From an uncultured virus (IMG/VR IMGVR_UViG_3300013306_000447) (lineage: Duplodnaviria; Heunggongvirae; Uroviricota; Caudoviricetes), in IMG/VR virus record IMGVR_UViG_3300013306_000447: a DNA stretch of 64,000 nt; one strand, 5' to 3'. A program made the translations under genes and the position numbers. Positions 63,607 to 64,000 of the stretch are shown here, piece after piece (within the stretch, counting starts at the first letter, position 1; each line of letters begins with the position of its first letter). The notes under the pieces were generated by a model. It was not told where the DNA came from. It did not search any database and was given only the letters and a program-made list of their open reading frames with translations.

Positions 63607-64000
63607 ATGACGGCATTTGAAATTCTCGCATTAATCAGCTTCGTAATTGCACTCGCCATTCTGTACTGGGTCGGGTACCGAGGCGGCTTAAGGGGCGGCT
63701 GGAGCGAAGGCTACGACGACGGCCACGCTAAGGGCTACATCCTGGGCATTGAGGAGGGCGAGTCATCGGGCGCTACTGCTCTCGAAAACGCCACACGGCG
63801 ATGTGAACGCCTGGAACTGATTTTGATCAGGGAACCCCAGGACCGTCAGATCCTTCTGGCCATCGCGGGAAAACTCAAACTCGCCGCCGATTTCTTCCAC
63901 GCCATCAAATCGGAAAGCCACGCAACTCAAGCACTCATTTTACGTGACCACGCGTTGAACATGGCCGACGAGTTGAATTCCTTCTATCAGGAGGATGCAG
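63607..64000 (+). CDS. Membrane-anchored protein with GxxxG repeats, truncated by the window end
   Basis: AGGAG RBS; MTAFEILALISFVIALAILYWVGYRGG...EGYDDGHAKGY; frame open to 64000. Confidence 0.65.
   Translation, partial: MTAFEILALISFVIALAILYWVGYRGGLRGGWSEGYDDGHAKGYILGIEEGESSGATALENATRRCERLELILIREPQDRQILLAIAGKLKLAADFFHAIKSESHATQALILRDHALNMADELNSFYQEDA

Larger units (their letters stand above)
30606..64000. mobile_element. Prophage 2: lambdoid siphovirus, right end beyond the window
   Basis: Continuous lysis, tail, head, terminase, Q, replication, cII/cro/cI and early genes; no integrase inside the window. Confidence 0.92.

Overview
Pseudomonas-like chromosomal window (genus inferred from gene content). 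It opens with the 3' end of a host HlyD-family type I secretion adaptor gene and an intact tRNA-Thr(TGT) at 281..356. Two prophages follow in tandem. Prophage 1 (about 312..30605, bounded by a 46-bp direct repeat of the tRNA 3' half) is an apparently complete P2/HP1-like myovirus with a P4-alpha-like primase-helicase and an integrase at its right end. Prophage 2 starts right after the second att copy and runs past the window end. It is a lambdoid siphovirus with a lambda-type terminase and portal, a Mu gpT-like capsid, a GTA-like tail tip, an SGNH-esterase tail protein, a VapE/Toprim replication gene and a cI/cro/cII switch. Most interesting observations: (i) prophage 2 carries what looks like a full pyocin-type regulatory circuit, with a four-repeat P-box upstream of its late promoter, a PrtN-family gene, a PrtR-like repressor and a split lysis cassette; (ii) an AT-rich cargo module with a MASE2-GGDEF diguanylate cyclase and a divergent winged-helix regulator broken at an A9 tract; (iii) a 61-aa protein in prophage 1 that resembles the C-terminal domain of its own repressor; (iv) hairpins with ACCAC loops in the early leaders of both phages; (v) a convergent GGTAAT iteron array next to attL; (vi) a small possibly Sm/Hfq-like moron with a structured leader. 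All product calls come from motif recognition and gene order, not database searches.
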